Source of the DNA: Candidatus Latescibacterota bacterium
GTDB lineage: Bacteria; Latescibacterota; UBA2968; GCA-2709665
DNA: 64,000 nt
Direction: 5' to 3'
NCBI GenBank assembly: GCA_965222075.1
Contig: OZ244937.1
Span: 4,384,001 to 4,448,000, forward strand
Part shown: one piece after another, positions 1-10,281 of the stretch
How the letters are laid out: each line of letters begins with the position of its first letter
Numbering within the stretch: position 1 is the first letter of the stretch
Program-made: the position numbers and the translations under genes
The notes under the pieces: generated by a model
Told to the model about the DNA's origin: nothing
What the model saw: the letters and a program-made list of their open reading frames with translations, nothing else
Database searches by the model: none

Positions 1-49
1 TGGTGTGTACAAAAGTGGAGAATTTTCTCTTGTTGGTGAAGGGGTTTGC

Positions 50-3000
50 ATGTCGATCCAACGGGTCTACAACCGGATGAAGGACACGGAGCCCTTCCAG
101 GCGCTTGCGCGGCGGCTGGAGGCGGGGGAGGGGGAGGTCGCGATGCGGGGGGTGCAGGGATCGCTGGCGGCGTTTGCGCTGGCCTGGATCGAGGAAGTGG
201 TGCCCGGACCGGTGGTGGTTGTGTGCGCCACAGAGGAGCGGGCCGAGGCGGTGCGGGACGATTTGGAGCGGGTGATGGGGCCGGAGGGGGTGGGCATGTT
301 TCCGACCTGGGGCGGGTCGCCCTACGACGGGCGGTCTCCGCACTTGGATGTGATGGGGCTGCGGGTGGAGGCGCTGGACCAATTGGGGCAGGGTGCCGGT
401 GGGGTGGTGGTGGCGCCTGTTGGGGCGTTGATGGAGCATACGATCTCCCCTGACCTGTTTGCGCTTTCGGTGCAGGAGGTGCGGGAGGGGCAGGAGGTGG
501 ACCTGCGCGGGCTGGCCGACCACTTAGTGGAGATCGGGTACGAGCGGGTGAGCTTAGTGGAAGGGATGGGGCAGTTCAGCGTGCGGGGCGGGATTTTAGA
601 CGCATGTTCGTTTGGCAATGCGCACCCGGTGCGCTTGGAGTTATTCGGAGATGAGGTGACCTCGATCCGGGCGTTCGATATCGGGAGCCAGCGCTCGGTG
701 GAAGAGATGGCATCGGTGCGGTTGCTGCCCTGCCGGGAGGCGGTACTGGTGGGGACGATGGCGGAGGTGTACGACGAGAACTTAGCGAGGGCAGAACAGG
801 CGTTCGGGCTGGACCTGACGGTGCTGCGGGAGACACTGGAGGGCCAGGGGCTGTTCGACGGGCTGGAGCACTATCTGGGCGCGCTGTACAGGGACAAGAC
901 GTGCCTGCTGGACCACGTGTCGGAGGGGTGTGTGGTGGTGGACGACCCGGAGGGGGTGGCCGAGGCCGCGCACGAACTCTGGGAGAAGCTCGTTCTGGCG
1001 GCGGAGCGACAGAAGCCCCGCCGGGGCGAGCCGGAACCGCTTCCGGCAGCGGGAGTGCTGCGGTCGGCCGGGGCAGTCCTGGACCGGCTGGGCGAGATGC
1101 GCCGGGTGCTCAACCGGACGCTGGGGGGAAGTGGGGAGGCCGGCGTGGATTTCAAAGGGACGGGTGGACGCCGCTACGAGGGCCACTTAGAAGTGTTTCA
1201 GGAGGACCTGCGCGGGTTCTGGCAGGAGGACGACGAGGTTGTGCTGCTGTGTGAGAGCCAAGGGCAGCAGGCCCGGTTTGAGGATCTGCTGGGTGAGGCC
1301 GCCAACCTGGTTTCCATTTTTGTGGGGACCCTGCAGGGCGGGTTCCGGTATGCGCCGGGACGGGTAGTTGTGGTCAACGACCACGAGATTTACAGCCGGT
1401 ACCGGCGGCGGCGGCGGTATCGACGGTTCCAGGAGGGGACGCCCATCCGTACGGTTTCGGCGCTGCAGCGCGGGAATTTTGTCGTGCACATGGACTATGG
1501 GATCGGGCAGTTTGAGGGGATTGAGCACCTGAAGGTAGACGGGGTCAGCCGGGACTGTTTGAAACTGTCTTACCGGGAGGGAGATCGGGTATTCGTGCCT
1601 GTGGACCAGATGGACCGGGTGCAGAAGTACGCCAGCCAGGAGGGCGCGGTTCCGGTTTTGAGCAAGCTGGGCACCGCGACGTGGGAGCGGGTCAAGGAAC
1701 GCACGCGGAAGGCGATTTTTAAGATGGCAGCAGAACTGGTGTCGCTGTACGCGGACCGGAAGGCCCGACCCGGCACGGTATTTTCACCAGATACCTCCCT
1801 GCACAAGGCCTTAGAGGCTTCGTTTCCTTACCAGGAGACGATGGGCCAGCTCCAGACGATAGAAGAGGTCAGGCAGGATATGGAGCAGCCAGCGTCGATG
1901 GACCGGCTGGTGTGCGGGGATGTGGGCTACGGGAAGACCGAGGTGGCGATCCGAGCGGCGTTCAAGGCGGTGGCCGATGGAAAACAGGTGGCGGTCTTAG
2001 CCCCGACCACCATTTTGGCGCAGCAGCACTACCGGACCTTTCAGGAGCGGATGGACGCGCTGCCGGTGACGGTGGAGGTGCTGAGCCGGTTTCGCACGGC
2101 CAGAGAGCAGCACCGCGTGATCGAGGGGCTGCTCTCTGGCCGGGTGGATATCGTGGTGGGCACACACAGGCTGCTTTCCAAGGATGTGGGGTTTAACGAC
2201 CTGGGGCTGTTGGTTGTGGATGAAGAGCACCGATTCGGGGTGCGGCACAAGGAGCGGTTGAAGCAGTTCAAGCGCCTGGTGGAGGTGCTGACGCTTACGG
2301 CGACGCCGATTCCCAGGACGCTGCACATGTCCTTGATGGGCGCCCGGGATATGTCGATAATCCGCACCCCGCCCAGGGACCGGCTGCCGATTACGACCGA
2401 AGTCCTGCCCTTTGACGAGGAGCGGATCGCAGAGGCGGTGCTGCGGGAGGTGGACCAGGGGGGGCAGGTCTATTTTGTGCACAACCGGGTGCAATCGATG
2501 CCGGCGATGGTTGCGTTTTTGGAGCGCCTGTTGCCCCAGGTGCGGTTTGGGGTGGGGCACGGCCAGATGCCTGAGCGCCAGCTTGAGCAGGTGATGATGG
2601 CGTTCTTAGAGGGGAAGTACGACTGCCTGATCTCGACCATGATCATCGAGTCGGGGCTGGATATTCCCAGTGTGAATACGCTGATTGTGAACCGGGCCGA
2701 CCGCCTGGGGTTGGCGCAGCTCTACCAGCTCCGCGGGCGAGTGGGTCGGTCCAGCCAGCAGGCCTACGCCTACCTGCTGATTCCCTCCTGGAAGGCGCTT
2801 TCGCGCGCAGCGGTTCGGCGGCTGCGGGCGATTGAGGAGTTCTCGGACTTAGGATCGGGCTTCCACGTCTCCATGCGGGATATGGAGATCCGGGGGACAG
2901 GCAACATGCTGGGGGAACAGCAGCATGGACATATCGTGGCGGTGGGGTTTGACCTCTACTGCCGGTTGCTGGACGAGGCGGTGCGGCAGATCAAGGGGGA

Positions 3001-3454
3001 GGAGACCGGGCCGGCGGTTGAACCGGACGTGCAGATTTCGGTCTCGGCCTATATTCCGGAGGCCTATATTTCTGATGCAGACCTGAAGATGCAGTTTTAC
3101 CAGCGTGTGGGGGAGTGTCGACAGACGGTGGAGATCTTGGCGATCGAAGAGGAGTTGGAGGATCGGTTCGGACTGCTGCCCGAACCGACGGCCGCGTTGA
3201 TGGACACCATTCAGGTAAAGATCCTGGCCCGCCAGCTCCGGTTGAGCGCGGTTCGGGTGGGGGGGGCTCTGACGATGCAGTTTCCCCCCGAACGGGTGCT
3301 GAGCCGGAAGGAGGTAGAGGAGATGGTGGGCCGGTCGCCTCTGGCCCTGCAGTTCTTTCTGGGGGAGGAGGCGCGTGTGGAGGTTGAGCTACAGGGGAAG
3401 GGCCCGCGAGAGCGGCTGGCCTGTGCGAAAAAGGTGTTGCAGAGCCTGATTTGA
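50..3454 (+). CDS. mfd: Transcription-repair coupling factor Mfd
   Basis: UvrB-like N-terminal region (FSVRGGILD), CarD/RID domain (VVHMDYGIGQF), SF2 motifs GDVGYGKTEVA, DEEHRFG, TATPIPRTL, QLRGRVGR and TRG motif RDMEIRGTGN. Start set at ATG 50; ORF is open from 5. Confidence 0.97.
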   Translation: MSIQRVYNRMKDTEPFQALARRLEAGEGEVAMRGVQGSLAAFALAWIEEVVPGPVVVVCATEERAEAVRDDLERVMGPEGVGMFPTWGGSPYDGRSPHLDVMGLRVEALDQLGQGAGGVVVAPVGALMEHTISPDLFALSVQEVREGQEVDLRGLADHLVEIGYERVSLVEGMGQFSVRGGILDACSFGNAHPVRLELFGDEVTSIRAFDIGSQRSVEEMASVRLLPCREAVLVGTMAEVYDENLARAEQAFGLDLTVLRETLEGQGLFDGLEHYLGALYRDKTCLLDHVSEGCVVVDDPEGVAEAAHELWEKLVLAAERQKPRRGEPEPLPAAGVLRSAGAVLDRLGEMRRVLNRTLGGSGEAGVDFKGTGGRRYEGHLEVFQEDLRGFWQEDDEVVLLCESQGQQARFEDLLGEAANLVSIFVGTLQGGFRYAPGRVVVVNDHEIYSRYRRRRRYRRFQEGTPIRTVSALQRGNFVVHMDYGIGQFEGIEHLKVDGVSRDCLKLSYREGDRVFVPVDQMDRVQKYASQEGAVPVLSKLGTATWERVKERTRKAIFKMAAELVSLYADRKARPGTVFSPDTSLHKALEASFPYQETMGQLQTIEEVRQDMEQPASMDRLVCGDVGYGKTEVAIRAAFKAVADGKQVAVLAPTTILAQQHYRTFQERMDALPVTVEVLSRFRTAREQHRVIEGLLSGRVDIVVGTHRLLSKDVGFNDLGLLVVDEEHRFGVRHKERLKQFKRLVEVLTLTATPIPRTLHMSLMGARDMSIIRTPPRDRLPITTEVLPFDEERIAEAVLREVDQGGQVYFVHNRVQSMPAMVAFLERLLPQVRFGVGHGQMPERQLEQVMMAFLEGKYDCLISTMIIESGLDIPSVNTLIVNRADRLGLAQLYQLRGRVGRSSQQAYAYLLIPSWKALSRAAVRRLRAIEEFSDLGSGFHVSMRDMEIRGTGNMLGEQQHGHIVAVGFDLYCRLLDEAVRQIKGEETGPAVEPDVQISVSAYIPEAYISDADLKMQFYQRVGECRQTVEILAIEEELEDRFGLLPEPTAALMDTIQVKILARQLRLSAVRVGGALTMQFPPERVLSRKEVEEMVGRSPLALQFFLGEEARVEVELQGKGPRERLACAKKVLQSLI

Positions 3455-3670
3455 TGGCGTATATTTCTGGGTATTCGGAACTTTTTTATCTTTGAGCAGT
3501 TAGTATCACGGAAGGGCCTCGGAACCCTTCTCCCCGTCCTCCCTGGAAGGCAGGGAGCCACCCCCCACAGCCCCAGGGAAGGGTAGGGTCTTGGGGGTGG
3601 GGTCGGGATGGGTTCCTGGGGTTCCATGCCGGGGGTGGGATTCCGTGATTTCCATAGTCAAAGGAGGGCG

Positions 3671-4531
3671 GTGGTTACGGCGAGGCAGGGACAGAGGTAT
3701 CGGACTGCGGTGTCTTGTCTGATCGCTGCTGCTGGTCTGAGTGGTCTGTTGGGGTGCCGGGGAGAGCCGAAGGGGACATTGGTGGCGAGGGTGGGCGCGG
3801 CGCGGTTGACGCTGCAGGATATTGAGTCGCACGTTCCGGTCCAGATCGCGGGCAAGGTCACGGCCCGGGAAAAGAAGCGCCTTGTGGAGGGGTGGGTGGA
3901 GGAGGAGTTGCTCTACCAGGAGGCGTTGCGGCGAAAGCTCGATGAGGATCCGGACGTGGCCATTCGGGTCTCCAGGGCGACTCGGGATCTGCTGATTGCC
4001 GAACTCTTGGAGCGGGAATTCAGACGGGACGCGGATGTTTCGGGGGATGACATCCGGTCCTATTACGAGGCCCAACAGGAAGAGTTTATCCGGGACGAGC
4101 CGGAGATCCGGGTGCGGCATATCCTGGTTAAGAGCCGAAGCGAACGAAACCGGGTGTGGGAACGTCTTCAGAACGGCGAACGCTTCGATCAGGTGGCCCG
4201 GGAGGCATCCCTTGACGCGTCTGCAGATGTTGGTGGCGACTTGGGCTATTTTACCGAAGATATGGTCGATCCCTCTTTCTGGGAGGTCTGTCAAAAGGCC
4301 AAGCCGGGCCGACAGATTCCGACGGTTAGCCGGCTGGGGCACCATGTCATTGAGGTCCTGAACCGGCGTGAGACGGGTTCGGTGAAGGAGCTGTCGGAGG
4401 TGTGGGGAGAAATTCGACAGCGTATCTTAGCAGAGCGCCGGCAAGCGCGGCGGTTTGAACTGCTGACCGTGCTGCGCAACCGGGTGCCCTGGTCTGTTGC
4501 ATTAGATGCGATAGGCGTGAAGCGTAAATGA
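3671..4531 (+). CDS. PpiC-type peptidyl-prolyl isomerase, PrsA-like lipoprotein
   Basis: Lipobox-like [24 protein letters not shown] start follows AAGGAGG. Confidence 0.85.
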   Translation: MVTARQGQRYRTAVSCLIAAAGLSGLLGCRGEPKGTLVARVGAARLTLQDIESHVPVQIAGKVTAREKKRLVEGWVEEELLYQEALRRKLDEDPDVAIRVSRATRDLLIAELLEREFRRDADVSGDDIRSYYEAQQEEFIRDEPEIRVRHILVKSRSERNRVWERLQNGERFDQVAREASLDASADVGGDLGYFTEDMVDPSFWEVCQKAKPGRQIPTVSRLGHHVIEVLNRRETGSVKELSEVWGEIRQRILAERRQARRFELLTVLRNRVPWSVALDAIGVKRK

Positions 4532-5832
4532 TCGTGAAAAGAAGGTCACGGGTCAAGAGAAGAAGGTATAGAATGGGCAGCGTATTTTTGAGGGTGATAT
4601 GGGTGGGTGCGCTGATTGTGGGTGCCTGGACCCCGGCGAGTGCGAAGCCTCAACTGGTGGACCGGATTGTGGCGGTGGTGGACGACGAGATCGTGCTGTA
4701 CTCGGAGGTGGTGACGCATTTGCGCTTGGCGGTTATGCAACAGGGCGGCAGGGATCTGGAATCGGGTGAGCTCGAAGCGCTGTTTCAGACCGTCTTAAAG
4801 GGGATGGTGGATGAAAAACTCCTGCTGGCCAGGGCCGAGGAGGACAGTATCGAGGTGGACGATGAGCGGGTGGAGGAGGCCCTACGGGCGGAGTTGCGTG
4901 GGCTCAAGGCGCAATATGGAGAAGAGCAGTTTGCACAGCAACTCCAGCAGGATGGATTGACGGAAAGGGAGATTCGGGAACAGCTCCGGCAGAAGTACCG
5001 AAAGGACTTTCTGAGACAGGCGATGTATGGTAAGTTGGCCGAGAAGGTCACCGTGTCTTACAAGGATGTGGAGGCATTCCGAAAGGAGTACCGGGAGCAG
5101 TTGCCGTCGCTGTTGGGCATCAGCCATATTCTGATCGAGATCAAACCTTCTGAGGACCGGCAGGCAGGGGCCCTGAAGCGGGCGGCGGCCCTGCTGGAGC
5201 GCATCCGGAGAGGAGAGGATTTTGGGGAACTGGCCCGCCAGTATTCGGAGGATCCAGGCAGCGCTCCGGGAGGGGGAGACCTTGGATTCTTTGCGCGGGG
5301 CGGGTTTGTGCCGGAGTTCGAGGAGAAGGCGTTTGCTCTTAAACCGGGTGAAGTCAGCGAACCTGTAAAGACCGAATTCGGGTATCACATCATCCGGGTG
5401 GACGCGGTGAGGGGCGACCAGATCCAGGTGCGTCATATCCTGATTGCAATGAAGCCGGACGAGGTGGATGCACAGGCGGCCTATCAGTCGACTCTGGAGC
5501 TTTACGAACGGACCCAGGCGGGCGAAGACTTCGCCGAGTTGGCCAAGCAGCATTCGACAGATCAGGGAAGCGCAGAGTTAGGGGGGCACCTCGGGGCTTT
5601 TCTGGTGGAGAATCTGCCCGCAGCCTTTAAGGGTGTGATTGGGGGGATGAAGCTGGGGGAGGTGAGTTCCCCGGTTCGGACCGAGTTTGGGTGGCACCTG
5701 GTTAAACTGAATGACGACCGGGAGTCTCTTGAAGACATTCTAAAACAGCTCCGGATGCAGAAGCTTTTCCAGGAGGTTCTCGACGAGACCCGGAAAAAGC
5801 TCTACGTTGATATCCGGGCAGAGGAAAGGTAG
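4528..5832 (+). CDS. surA: SurA-like chaperone/PPIase with two PpiC domains
   Basis: Signal peptide, [14 protein letters not shown]-terminus, ISHILI...[15 protein letters not shown]...TEFGYHII plus a second PpiC domain. ATGA overlap with the upstream gene. Confidence 0.85.
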   Translation: MIVKRRSRVKRRRYRMGSVFLRVIWVGALIVGAWTPASAKPQLVDRIVAVVDDEIVLYSEVVTHLRLAVMQQGGRDLESGELEALFQTVLKGMVDEKLLLARAEEDSIEVDDERVEEALRAELRGLKAQYGEEQFAQQLQQDGLTEREIREQLRQKYRKDFLRQAMYGKLAEKVTVSYKDVEAFRKEYREQLPSLLGISHILIEIKPSEDRQAGALKRAAALLERIRRGEDFGELARQYSEDPGSAPGGGDLGFFARGGFVPEFEEKAFALKPGEVSEPVKTEFGYHIIRVDAVRGDQIQVRHILIAMKPDEVDAQAAYQSTLELYERTQAGEDFAELAKQHSTDQGSAELGGHLGAFLVENLPAAFKGVIGGMKLGEVSSPVRTEFGWHLVKLNDDRESLEDILKQLRMQKLFQEVLDETRKKLYVDIRAEER

Positions 5833-5923
5833 TTGCGAGTTGTGAGTAGCGAGTCAAAGCGCGAGAGTGCGGGGTGTGGGGACTCGGACCTGGAGAGTGG
5901 CGGAGTGAAGGGGGGATTTGGCT

Positions 5924-6196
5924 ATGCGGCTGGATCTGTTTTTGAAGCGATGCTGCCTTGTGCGGCGGCGATCGGAGGTCAAACGAGCGTGTGACAACGG
6001 GATTGTTACTGTGGACGACCAGCCGGCAAAGGCGGGGCGGGTTGTGCGGCCGGGGCAGCGGGTGGGTATTGCGTTTACGGATCGGTACCTGCAGGTTGAG
6101 ATCTCCGAGCTCCCGCGTGGGAATGTCTCCAGGGCCGCGGCCAGGGCCTACTACCGCGTGGTCCAAGACGAGGCGCGGGAGGCGGCCGATTTCTGA
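5924..6196 (+). CDS. S4-domain RNA-binding protein (YabO/RqcP/Hsp15-like)
   Basis: MRLDLFLK...VRRRSEVKRACDNG.V.V...AKAG..V.PG is the S4 pattern. Confidence 0.9.
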   Translation: MRLDLFLKRCCLVRRRSEVKRACDNGIVTVDDQPAKAGRVVRPGQRVGIAFTDRYLQVEISELPRGNVSRAAARAYYRVVQDEAREAADF

Positions 6197-6362
6197 GTGT
6201 CCATACGGATAGACAGGTTTTGAGATGGGATCCGACGGGTCCAGTCTGCCATGGGCTGGCCTTTTTTCATGGCTTACGATCACGGAGGGCCAGGGAGCCC
6301 CATCCTGCCGCCCTGCTGTACAAAGGGTGCTGTGGTAGATCCATACAATAGGTAGAAGAGGT

Positions 6363-7121
6363 ATGTTGAAGCATGCGTCGGAAATGAAAGAGGTGCCTCC
6401 TTACAGCAGGCTGGCCTCGATATACGATTATGTGATGCGGCATGTAGATTATGTACACTGGGCGGACTACGTGGAATCGCTACTCCAGCGGCACGGTCTG
6501 GCCCCGGCGCGGGTGCTGGACCTGGCCTGTGGAACGGGCAGTCTCGCCGTTGAGTTTCGGAAGCGGGGCTATAAGGTTGCGGGTGCGGACGCGTGTGAGG
6601 AGATGCTGGCGGTGGCAAGGGAAAAGGTTCGGATGGTGGGATGCGATATTCCCTTTTATCACAAGAGTCTGCTTGGCCTGAAGGGGTTGTCCCAATTTGA
6701 ATGGGTGCTCTGCCTCTATGACAGCATCAACTACCTGATGACGCTGGAGGAGGTGTCGCGGGCGCTTGAGGAGATCCATGGGGTGGTCGAGCCGGGGGGG
6801 CTTTTTATTTTTGATATCTGCACAGAGACGAATTCCCTCCGTTATTTCCGGGATATGACGGATAAAGACCGGGGGAACGGGTTCTCCTACATCCGGCGCA
6901 GTTATTATGACAAGGGGATTCAGTTTAACCGGTTCGAGATCAATTTTGCGGCTACCCATGAGGCGGTTTGGGAGGTTCACCAGCAGCGAATTTACCCTCT
7001 CTCGGACATCGAACGCGTGATTGAGGCTTCTTCATTTCAAGTAGAGGGTGCGTACGATGGGTTTGGTCTGTTGCCTCCAAACGATCAGTCGGATCGGGTG
7101 CATTTTGTATTGAGGGCATAA
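6363..7121 (+). CDS. Class I SAM-dependent methyltransferase
   Basis: VLDLACGTG motif I, CLYDSINY, PGGLFIFD. Confidence 0.9.
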   Translation: MLKHASEMKEVPPYSRLASIYDYVMRHVDYVHWADYVESLLQRHGLAPARVLDLACGTGSLAVEFRKRGYKVAGADACEEMLAVAREKVRMVGCDIPFYHKSLLGLKGLSQFEWVLCLYDSINYLMTLEEVSRALEEIHGVVEPGGLFIFDICTETNSLRYFRDMTDKDRGNGFSYIRRSYYDKGIQFNRFEINFAATHEAVWEVHQQRIYPLSDIERVIEASSFQVEGAYDGFGLLPPNDQSDRVHFVLRA

Positions 7122-7131
7122 GGAAGGAACT

Positions 7132-7782
7132 GTGATCGAGCTTCGGCATGTTTGGGTTGAGCGGGGGGGGCGGCCGGTTCTGATGGATATGGATTTTGAA
7201 GTGGGTCGGGGGGAGTTTGTTTACCTGTTGGGGCCGACGGGTGCGGGCAAGACGACGATTTTACGGCTGATGATGTTTGAAGCGCGTCCGAGTAGGGGCG
7301 TGGTTTTTGTGGGCGACTACGACTCAGAGTCCATTCAGGAGCGGGATGTGCCGTTTTTACGGCGGAGGGTGGGGGTGGTTTTTCAGGATTTCAAGCTCTT
7401 GCGGGATCGGACGGTTTTTGAAAATGTGGCTTTTGCGCTGGAGGTGACGGGCGCACGGCGGTCGGTGGTGAAGCGGCGCACCCTGGCGTTGCTGTCGACC
7501 GTGAACCTGGTTCACAAGCGGGGGGAGTACCCCGATACCCTGTCGGCAGGCGAACAACAGCGGGTGGTGATTGCCCGGGCGCTGTTGAACGATCCGTTCG
7601 TGCTGCTGGCCGATGAACCCACCGCCAACTTAGATCCTGAGACCACCGATCTTACGATGGAGATTTTTGCCGAGGTCAACGCCCAGGGGACTGCGGTAGT
7701 TATGGCCACGCACGACGTGGCGCTTGTCGAGCGTTATCGTCACCGGGTGCTTTCGCTGGTGGGGGGGCGGTTGAAGGCTTGA
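7132..7782 (+). CDS. ftsE: Cell division ATP-binding protein FtsE
   Basis: Walker A GPTGAGKTT, PFLRRRVGVVFQDFKLL, LSAGEQQRV, ADEPTANLD. Lies upstream of ftsX. Confidence 0.93.
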   Translation: MIELRHVWVERGGRPVLMDMDFEVGRGEFVYLLGPTGAGKTTILRLMMFEARPSRGVVFVGDYDSESIQERDVPFLRRRVGVVFQDFKLLRDRTVFENVAFALEVTGARRSVVKRRTLALLSTVNLVHKRGEYPDTLSAGEQQRVVIARALLNDPFVLLADEPTANLDPETTDLTMEIFAEVNAQGTAVVMATHDVALVERYRHRVLSLVGGRLKA

Positions 7783-7795
7783 TTGCGGAATGCGG

Positions 7796-7927
7796 GCCCT
7801 CACCCCGGACAATGGGCTAACGCCTGTCTGCCTGCTTGCCTGTCTGCCGTGCCGGGCACGGCACAGGCAGGCCTGTCTCCGGCGGGCTGGCGCCCGCCTC
7901 TGGCTCACCGGGTCGTTTCCCCGCCCT
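7796..7927. repeat. Palindromic MITE/REP-like insertion in the ftsE-ftsX spacer
   Basis: Core inverted repeat TGCCGTGCC-G-GGCACGGCA (7845-7863), 8-nt GCCTGTCT-like units, GCCCT at both ends. Interrupts a heptamer run that is intact at 12217-12240. Confidence 0.5.
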
Positions 7928-7965
7928 GGATTTCGGATTGAAACCCTTGCTGGAGAAAGAGGGGT

Positions 7966-8835
7966 ATGGGGCTTGGACGTGCGTTTCGTGAGGCGTTTCG
8001 GGGGTTGTGGCGGACGGGAACCGTGGGGGTGGTTTCGGTGGTGGCCACGGCGGTTTCGCTGCTGGTGCTGGGGGTGTTCGTGCAGGTGGTTGGGGGGGGG
8101 TATGCACTTGCCGAATCTTTACGGGAGCGGGTGGAGGTGGAGGTCTATCTGAAGGACGGGCTGAGCCGCAGGCAGGCCTTAGCGCTGGCCCGGGAGCTTA
8201 AGGAGGTGGCGGGGGTGGCGGGGGTCAGCTATATTGACAAGGCCGCTGCGGCCTCCGAGTTTCGAGAGATGTTCGGCGAAGGGCTGCTTAAGGCGGTTTC
8301 ACAAAATCCACTGCCGGCGTCCATCCGGGTGCGGCTGGAGGGGGGAGCCGACCTTTCGGGCCGCGCACAGGCTGTTGCCGACGCAGCGGCAGGAAGGCGG
8401 GAGGTGGAGGGCGTGGATGTGGGTGCGTCCTGGCTGGCCGAGCTGGATGAGGCGCTGAAGAAAGCCATGTGGGTGGGCCTGCTGCTGGGGGGGGTGCTCT
8501 GCACAGCCTGCGTCTTGGCGGTGAGCAATACGGTCAAGCTGATGGTGCTGGCCCAGCGGGAGGCGATGGAGGTTATGCGGCTGGTGGGGGCAACAGGGGG
8601 GGGTATTCGCCTGGCCTTTTTGCTGGGTGGGGCCCTGCAGGGCTGCATTGGGGGGTTGCTGGCGGCGGTTGCGCTCTGGTTTGGATCGGCGTGGTGGATG
8701 TCCTGGGTCCCGGACCTGGCGTTTGTGTCGTCCTTATACCCCGGGCTGGGCGTGGTGGGGCTGGGCACGCTGTTGGGTATTGGGGGGAGCTGGGCGTCTT
8801 TGAACCGGGTGTTGAATGCGGTGGTATGGCGGTAG
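7966..8835 (+). CDS. ftsX: Cell division permease FtsX
   Basis: N-terminal TM, periplasmic loop VEVYLKD...NPLPASIRV, SNTVKLMV...MRLVGAT, three C-terminal TMs. Confidence 0.92.
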   Translation: MGLGRAFREAFRGLWRTGTVGVVSVVATAVSLLVLGVFVQVVGGGYALAESLRERVEVEVYLKDGLSRRQALALARELKEVAGVAGVSYIDKAAAASEFREMFGEGLLKAVSQNPLPASIRVRLEGGADLSGRAQAVADAAAGRREVEGVDVGASWLAELDEALKKAMWVGLLLGGVLCTACVLAVSNTVKLMVLAQREAMEVMRLVGATGGGIRLAFLLGGALQGCIGGLLAAVALWFGSAWWMSWVPDLAFVSSLYPGLGVVGLGTLLGIGGSWASLNRVLNAVVWR

Positions 8836-8866
8836 GGGCGCACAGGGCCATTAAGGGGAAGGGGAA

Positions 8867-10057
8867 ATGCAGCTTGCAGCTTGCAGCTTACAAATTGCTT
8901 TGCTGGTTGTTTTCTGCTGTGCGGGTGGGCTGGATGCACAGGAGGATTTGAAGCGGGCATTGGGAGTGGAACAGGCGGCGCTGGACAGCTTGAAGGCGAA
9001 GTTAGGGGCCGATCAGAGGCGTCTGAAGGTGACCGAGACCGAAGAACGGACGGTGTCTGAGGACCTGGGGCGTCTGGAGCGGGATATTGTTCAGATTCGG
9101 GGGGAACTCCGGAATTTGAAGCGACGGGAACGGGAACTGGCGGGACGTGTGGGGACGGCGAAGGGAAAGCTGGAGCGGCTTGAGGGCTGGCTGAAGGTGC
9201 GGCAAGAGGGGTTGGGACAACGGCTGCGGGAGCTGTACAAGATGGGCCGACGGGGGAGGCTGCAGGTGCTCTTTTCGGCGGTTTCGTTTGCCGATGTCTT
9301 GAAGCGGTTGCGCTACCTTTCCCGCATCGCCCAGCAGGACCAGAGGGACTACAGGGCCATCCGGGCGGATCGGGAGCGGGTGGGGAAGGCGCTGGCCCTG
9401 CAGCGGACGCAGTACAGGCATCAGCGTACACTGCTCAAGGCCAAGCAGGAGATCAAACGGGCCTTAGAGGTGCGGGTGGCCGACCGGGCCCGGCAACTGA
9501 AGCGGCTTCAGGCGGATCGCTCGGCGATGGGCCGAGCGATCCGGGAAAAACGGGAGGCGATTGCCCAGTCGGACGAACGGGTGCGACACCTGATCCAGGA
9601 GATGCAGGAGCAGGAGCGGTGGGGACAGCGGCTGGCCGTGCAGCCTCTATTCGACTTTGAGGCCCACCGGGGGCGACTCCGCCCGCCGGTAGAGGGGAAG
9701 GTGGTGGCGCGTTTTGGACGGCACCAGGATGCTGAACTCAAGACCTGGACGTTCAACCGGGGGGTGAACTTGGCTGCGCCAGAGGGGACGGAAGTGCGGG
9801 CGGTGGCCCCTGGAGAGGTGGTGTTGGTGGACTGGTTCCCAGGGTACGGGCAGTTTGTGCTGTTGCGGCATCCTGGAGAGTTTTATACGCTCTACGGCCA
9901 CCTGGCGTCGGTGCTGGTAAACCGGGGAGAGCTTATGGCGGAGGGGGCGGGCATTGGAACGGTGGGGAGTACAGGCAGGCTGGATGGGAAGCCGCAGCTT
10001 CACTTTGAGATTATGCGGGGAGAAGAGCCGCTGGATCCGACGAAGTGGCTGAAATGA
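8867..10057 (+). CDS. envC: Murein hydrolase activator EnvC-like (coiled coil + M23 domain)
   Basis: Signal peptide, long coiled coil, degenerate M23 motif NRGVNL, YGHL, LHFEI. Lies downstream of ftsEX. Confidence 0.85.
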   Translation: MQLAACSLQIALLVVFCCAGGLDAQEDLKRALGVEQAALDSLKAKLGADQRRLKVTETEERTVSEDLGRLERDIVQIRGELRNLKRRERELAGRVGTAKGKLERLEGWLKVRQEGLGQRLRELYKMGRRGRLQVLFSAVSFADVLKRLRYLSRIAQQDQRDYRAIRADRERVGKALALQRTQYRHQRTLLKAKQEIKRALEVRVADRARQLKRLQADRSAMGRAIREKREAIAQSDERVRHLIQEMQEQERWGQRLAVQPLFDFEAHRGRLRPPVEGKVVARFGRHQDAELKTWTFNRGVNLAAPEGTEVRAVAPGEVVLVDWFPGYGQFVLLRHPGEFYTLYGHLASVLVNRGELMAEGAGIGTVGSTGRLDGKPQLHFEIMRGEEPLDPTKWLK

Positions 10058-10281
10058 ATTGCGTGTGTAGGAAATCACAGGAGACGATGTCTGCGGCGGT
10101 TGCGGAGATCGCCAGGGGAGTGTATCTTTGTCGGGACCAGCTGGACGGGATTCTGGCAGCGCCGATGCGGTTGCAGACCCGGGTGGAGGTTGAGGGGGAG
10201 GCGGGTGTGGAAGGGATCGTGGACGAGATTGAAGAGATTGAAGATTGGAATTTGGTGGCAGGTGTTTGTGTGGAGGCAGAG

